Below are positions 6,896 to 10,520 of a DNA stretch of 10,520 nucleotides, piece by piece; the first letter of the stretch is position 1; every line of letters begins with the position of its first letter. The notes beneath the pieces were generated by a model, which saw nothing but the letters and a program-made list of their open reading frames with translations, searched no databases and was not told the DNA's origin. The translations under genes were made by a program, and so were the position numbers. The stretch is from an uncultured Myxococcales bacterium (lineage in GTDB: Bacteria; Myxococcota; UBA4151): contig CAXGWI010000127.1 in the NCBI GenBank assembly GCA_964013405.1, forward strand, positions 1-10,520, written 5' to 3'.

Positions 6896-6951
6896 CTAAG
6901 TGTGATCAGCAGTGGCCCATGGAGGGGCTGACCAAGGTGCCAACGAGGGCA

Positions 6952-7344
6952 CTAGTCGAATTTGCCTTCGCGGCCGAAGTAGGGGGCGTCATGGGGATTT
7001 TCCCCTTTGATGTGGGCCAGCAGGTATTGACGGAGCCGGCGCTCATCGCCAGGGGCAAAGCGCTGGAATCCACAGCCGGACATGAAGTTGCCGTTGTCTT
7101 CCTTGCGGACCCAAATGACCTGCCCACGAATCTTGAGCAGATCCACTTCCCGACCTCGGGGGATGTAGATGAGTACATGAACGGGCTCGCCAGGGACGAG
7201 TTCAGCGTCTGAGGAAAACATGACGCCTTTGGCTGAGAGATTATGAGCTCTCGTGTGAAGGCTGCCCGTCTCGGTCTCAACTTCCAGACGAAGATCCACA
7301 CGAACCCGAGCAAAGCGCTTTCGAAGTTTTTTCGACTGGGTCAC
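6952..7344 (-). CDS. Stand-alone PilZ domain protein (candidate c-di-GMP receptor), ~130 aa
   Basis: RxxxR motif in RKRFAR, [DN]xSxxG motif as NLSAKG, followed by beta-barrel-like strands (VHVLIYIP...IRGQVIWVR...GCGF). The GTG at 7344, with GAGG 9 nt upstream, is preferred to the ORF-finder start at 7383. Confidence 0.88.
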   Translation of the reverse strand: MTQSKKLRKRFARVRVDLRLEVETETGSLHTRAHNLSAKGVMFSSDAELVPGEPVHVLIYIPRGREVDLLKIRGQVIWVRKEDNGNFMSGCGFQRFAPGDERRLRQYLLAHIKGENPHDAPYFGREGKFD

Positions 7345-7360
7345 TGTGATGATCCTCGAC

Positions 7361-7396
7361 CTTTGCGGGCGCCTGCTTATCACAAGCCTCGCAAAG
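7361..7396 (-). other. Imperfect stem-loop between the oxidoreductase and PilZ genes
   Basis: Outer arms CTTTGCG (7361-7367) and CGCAAAG (7390-7396), inner GCTT-N5-AAGC. There is no U-tract, so it is not a classical intrinsic terminator. Confidence 0.35.
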
Positions 7397-7404
7397 CCCC
7401 AAGA

Positions 7405-9444
7405 TCACGGCAGCCGGTCAGCCACCATCTCCGCCAAGTCGACGACTTCGAGTTCATCGGCAACACCGAGTTCCCGTGTGCCATCCCCGATCATCGTCAT
7501 GCAGAACGGACAACCGACGGCCACGGTGGCCGCGCCCGTGGCTTGAGCCTCTTTGGTCCGGTCCTGATTGACTCGGGTGCCCAGGTGCTCCTCCATCCAC
7601 ATCCGGCCGCCGCCGGCACCACAACAAAACCCTCGGTCCTTGTTGCGCTCCATTTCGACGACGTTGGCACCCAACTGGGTCAGGAGGGTCCGCGGGCTCT
7701 CAGTGATGCCATTGTAACGGGCGAGGTAACAGGAGTCGTGATAGGTCACAGTTCCTGCGTCGCTATCGTTGAGGGTCAAAGCACCAGTACGGACCAGGTT
7801 CTCGACGAAATCGATATGGTGGTGGATCTCCATGGGTTGGTAGCCCTCGAGATCAGGATAGTCGTTGTTGAAGGTGTTGAGACAGTGGGGGCAGGTGGTG
7901 ATGACCTTTTTGACCCCGTAAGTTTTGAAGGTCTCAAGGAGGGTGCCAGCCAGTTCAACGAAAAGGTACTCTTGGCCTAAGCGGCGGGCCGTCTCCCCGT
8001 TACAACTCTCAGCCTTACCGAGCACGGCAAAGTTGATCTGCGCATGGCGCAGCAGTTTGACCATGGCCAAGGTGGTCTTTTTCGCCCGGTCATCAAAGGA
8101 GCCGGCGCAGCCCACGTAGTAGAGGTACTCGTAGTCTGGGTTGGTCTCGACCGTCGGGATGTCTAGGCCTTCCGCCCAATCAAAGCGCATGTTGGCGCCC
8201 ATTCCCCAGGGGTTGGCATTATTTTCTAGGCCTCGAAAGACCGCGCCCAGCTCTTCGGGGTGCTCTCCCTCCATCATGGTGAGATGACGTCTCATCTCGA
8301 GGATTTTGGGGACATGACGGATGCCCACCGGGCATTCTTCCATGCAGGCACCGCAGGTCGTACAACTCCACAGTTCATCCACGTGTACAGAGCCAGAACC
8401 ATCGGCAGCGATGAGGGGTTTGATGACTTCAGGAGCGCCATCTCTGCCCGCCTGGGCCCACGCAACGAGATTGACCTCGTTGGCATAGAGGTTGTCCTTC
8501 ATATCGTGGACGATTTTGGCCGGGTCGAGGGGTTTGCCCGTGCTGTTCGCAGGACAAACCACAGTGCAGCGGTTGCACTCGGCACAGGCAAAGCTGTCGA
8601 GCAAATCGCTGGCCCGAAACTGTTCCACTCGACCGACGCCAAACTCTTCTTCGACCTCAAAGTCGATCTTTGGCAGGCTTCGCCCCATGTCACGGGGGCG
8701 AAAGAAGAAGTTCGGGGCCGCACCAAGCAAGTGCAGGTGCTTCGAGAACGGGAGGTAGTTGAGGAACACCATGATGGTGATGAAGTGGATCCACCAAAAG
8801 ACAGGGGACCACGTTTCCGCTGCTGCCGTCGTGTAGAGGCCAGCGACGATTGCGGTGAGAGGCCGTCCTTGGGTCCAGCCATTCTCAGCCACACCAAAGG
8901 TGCCATGACCAGCCGCCATTTCCGCTGCTTGGTGTCCGCCAAGGCTGATCATCAGGACTGCAATAAAGGCGATGATCAGTTCAGCATCGAGACTTCGTTT
9001 CTTTAGACGCGGTAGGATACCGCGCAAAAACCATCGCCGGAAAATGGCGATAGCGCAGGCAAGACCGACGCCCCAGATGGCCAGTTCCTGGGAGGCCCAA
9101 TAGATGAGCATTAAGGTGCTCTTTGCGGGAACACCCAGGATCATTGCGTAGGTGAAGGGTTCACCATTGGGCTTGTAAACACCGGCAAGGATAAACTCGA
9201 GCAGGCCCACCTGAATCAGCAAAAAGCCGTAAAAGAAGGCCATGTGAAGGATGCCTGCGCCGGGCTCCCGAAGTAACTTCAACTGCCCCAAGACATAGAC
9301 GAGAACATCGTTAATTCGATCGCCTAAACCCTGGAGCGTAAAGTCGTTCTTGCCCAGGAGGATCAGGCGAACCAATCGCCCCCCATTACGGGCAAATGCC
9401 AGTGAACTGACAACGAGGATCGTCGGGACAAGCCAGCTTTGCAT
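7405..9444 (-). CDS. Membrane-bound Fe-S oxidoreductase of the FadF/EtfD/EMO type (ETF:menaquinone oxidoreductase, HdrDE-like): cytochrome b-like TM region, two [4Fe-4S] motifs, two CCG domains
   Basis: N-terminal TM helices with candidate heme ligands (GILHMAFF; WWIHFITIMVFLNYLPFSKHLH). Ferredoxin motifs CAECNRCTVVCP and CTTCGACMEECP. CCG domains YVGC...ESCNG...CPHC and YHDSC...FCCGAGGG...CPFC. Starts 6 bp downstream of etfA. Confidence 0.92.
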   Translation of the reverse strand: MQSWLVPTILVVSSLAFARNGGRLVRLILLGKNDFTLQGLGDRINDVLVYVLGQLKLLREPGAGILHMAFFYGFLLIQVGLLEFILAGVYKPNGEPFTYAMILGVPAKSTLMLIYWASQELAIWGVGLACAIAIFRRWFLRGILPRLKKRSLDAELIIAFIAVLMISLGGHQAAEMAAGHGTFGVAENGWTQGRPLTAIVAGLYTTAAAETWSPVFWWIHFITIMVFLNYLPFSKHLHLLGAAPNFFFRPRDMGRSLPKIDFEVEEEFGVGRVEQFRASDLLDSFACAECNRCTVVCPANSTGKPLDPAKIVHDMKDNLYANEVNLVAWAQAGRDGAPEVIKPLIAADGSGSVHVDELWSCTTCGACMEECPVGIRHVPKILEMRRHLTMMEGEHPEELGAVFRGLENNANPWGMGANMRFDWAEGLDIPTVETNPDYEYLYYVGCAGSFDDRAKKTTLAMVKLLRHAQINFAVLGKAESCNGETARRLGQEYLFVELAGTLLETFKTYGVKKVITTCPHCLNTFNNDYPDLEGYQPMEIHHHIDFVENLVRTGALTLNDSDAGTVTYHDSCYLARYNGITESPRTLLTQLGANVVEMERNKDRGFCCGAGGGRMWMEEHLGTRVNQDRTKEAQATGAATVAVGCPFCMTMIGDGTRELGVADELEVVDLAEMVADRLP

Positions 9445-9450
9445 GGCCTG

Positions 9451-10518
9451 CTAACCCACCTTTAAGCCCGCCCCAGCGATCTTTTCGATCAATTCTGGGC
9501 AGGCTTGGTGGAGATCCGCCACCAAGCCATAATCGGCCACTTGAAAGATAGGCGCTTCCGGGTCCTTATTGATGGCGACGATGGTTTTTGAACCCTTCAT
9601 CCCGGCGACGTGCTGAATGGCACCCGAGATTCCACAAGCGATATAGAGTTTGGGGGCGACGGTTTTTCCTGTCTGACCCACCTGCCAGTCGTTGGGAACC
9701 CAGTTTGCGTCGACGACAGCTCGACTGGCACCGACGGCACCTCCCAGGCTGTCAGCAAGGTTTTCCACCGGGCTGAAATCAAAGCCGGTTTCTGCGTCAG
9801 CGACACCGCACCCGCGACCGCCCGAAACCACAACATCGGCATCACCAAGGCTGGGGCGGGCACTGACCGTCCCCGAGAACTCGACGAAGCGGGTCTTCGT
9901 GCTGGGTGCTTGGAAGGCGAGGCTTGAGGTCGGACCCTCACCCGGTGCGACCGGGTCGAAGGCTGTGGGTTGAATGGTCAGAGCAAGGCGCGCTCCCTGA
10001 GCCTCCACCGTGGCGATTGCGCTGCCCGCCCAGAGGGCTCGGGTGAAGCGTCGCGGGCCTTCGACCGAGAGGGCTTCGGTCACCATACCCGCGCCGATCG
10101 CTTCTGCGACCCGGGGAAGATAATCTCGAGCCACCGAGCTGGCCGGTGCGACGAGGATGCTCGCCTGACTGGCTGAAGCCGCGGTGAGGGCTGCCGCAAC
10201 ATACAACTCGGCCACAGGCTGTTCGAAGGCACTGTCGGTGATGGTGTGGACGGCATGCACGCCGTCGACAGCCGCCTGCGCCGCGCTTTGCGTGTCTGAG
10301 CCGATGCAGCAGACGTGGAGTTCAACCCCGGCAGCCTGTGCTAATTGGACGGCCGCTGCGAGGGTGGAGCGGGCTGCACCATTGAGTTGCTCACCAGAAA
10401 CCTCGAGGAGCGCCAGGACGTTCGGTCCATCGCCGCCGACTGCAGCTGCTGCAGCTGGTTCCTCCGCAGCTGGTTCCTCCGCAGCTGGTTCCTCCGCAGC
10501 TGGTTCCTCCGCAGCTGG
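9451..10518 (-). CDS. etfA: Electron transfer flavoprotein alpha subunit, 5'-truncated, with an in-frame N-terminal (EEPAA)n extension (possible fusion protein)
   Basis: FAD-binding motifs VVVSGGRG, GASRAVVD, QVGQTGKTVAPKLYIACGISGAIQHVAGM, AINKDPEAPIFQVADYGLVADL. The frame stays open upstream of the listed 10260 start: ...PAAEEPAAAAAVGGDGPNVLALLEVSGEQLNGAARSTLAAAVQLAQAAGVELHVCCIG..., which is the typical first strand and helix of EtfA. Confidence 0.93.
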   Translation of the reverse strand, partial: PAAEEPAAEEPAAEEPAAEEPAAAAAVGGDGPNVLALLEVSGEQLNGAARSTLAAAVQLAQAAGVELHVCCIGSDTQSAAQAAVDGVHAVHTITDSAFEQPVAELYVAAALTAASASQASILVAPASSVARDYLPRVAEAIGAGMVTEALSVEGPRRFTRALWAGSAIATVEAQGARLALTIQPTAFDPVAPGEGPTSSLAFQAPSTKTRFVEFSGTVSARPSLGDADVVVSGGRGCGVADAETGFDFSPVENLADSLGGAVGASRAVVDANWVPNDWQVGQTGKTVAPKLYIACGISGAIQHVAGMKGSKTIVAINKDPEAPIFQVADYGLVADLHQACPELIEKIAGAGLKVG

Positions 10519-10520
10519 TT
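10451..10520. repeat. Perfect 15-bp tandem repeat (GCAGCTGGTTCCTCC)n, 4 full copies plus 10 bp, running off the window; encodes (EEPAA)n on the minus strand
   Basis: Identical units start at 10451, 10466, 10481, 10496 and 10511 (partial). Confidence 0.97.

Noticed and set aside
6927..6943. Sigma54-like TTGGCAC upstream of plsC on the minus strand
   Set aside because: The spacing is GG-N11-GC rather than the required GG-N10-GC, and there is no TTGC at -12.
7243..9006. + strand ORFs 7243..7980 and 8260..9006
   Set aside because: Antisense shadows of the Fe-S oxidoreductase gene with no recognisable domains.
7405..9444. Calling the oxidoreductase a methanogen-type heterodisulfide reductase
   Set aside because: The single-chain TM/ferredoxin/CCG layout next to etfA in a bacterial context fits FadF/EtfD/EMO, and no hdrA or mvh genes are present in the window.
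10258..10260. ORF-finder GTG start for etfA
   Set aside because: It would remove the conserved N-terminal part of the EtfA domain, and the frame is open upstream to the window edge.
10451..10520. Possible CRISPR array
   Set aside because: The units are 15 bp, directly adjacent with no spacers, and encode an in-frame peptide repeat. No cas genes are present.

Overview
GC-rich bacterial window, probably Myxococcota judging from a MYXO-CTERM-type tail and a myxobacterial-style Cys-rich module. The + strand carries the 3' end of an ORF with a PTS EIIA (mannitol/fructose/Ntr-type) domain whose phospho-acceptor His is replaced by Trp, overlapping mutM/fpg. The - strand carries five co-directional genes. 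From right to left they are etfA (5'-truncated, with no start codon of its own and preceded in frame by a perfect (EEPAA)n repeat), a FadF/EtfD/EMO-type membrane Fe-S ETF:quinone oxidoreductase, a stand-alone PilZ protein, a PlsC-type acyltransferase, and a ~1610-aa secreted protein. That last protein has 5 PPC-like and 8 four-cysteine CARDB-like modules, a Cys-rich module and a MYXO-CTERM anchor, with no recognisable catalytic domain. Perfect palindromes with a 1-nt centre sit at both ends of the giant gene, and one covers its Shine-Dalgarno site. No RNA genes, mobile elements or CRISPR arrays were seen. All calls come from motif recognition by eye, without database searches.
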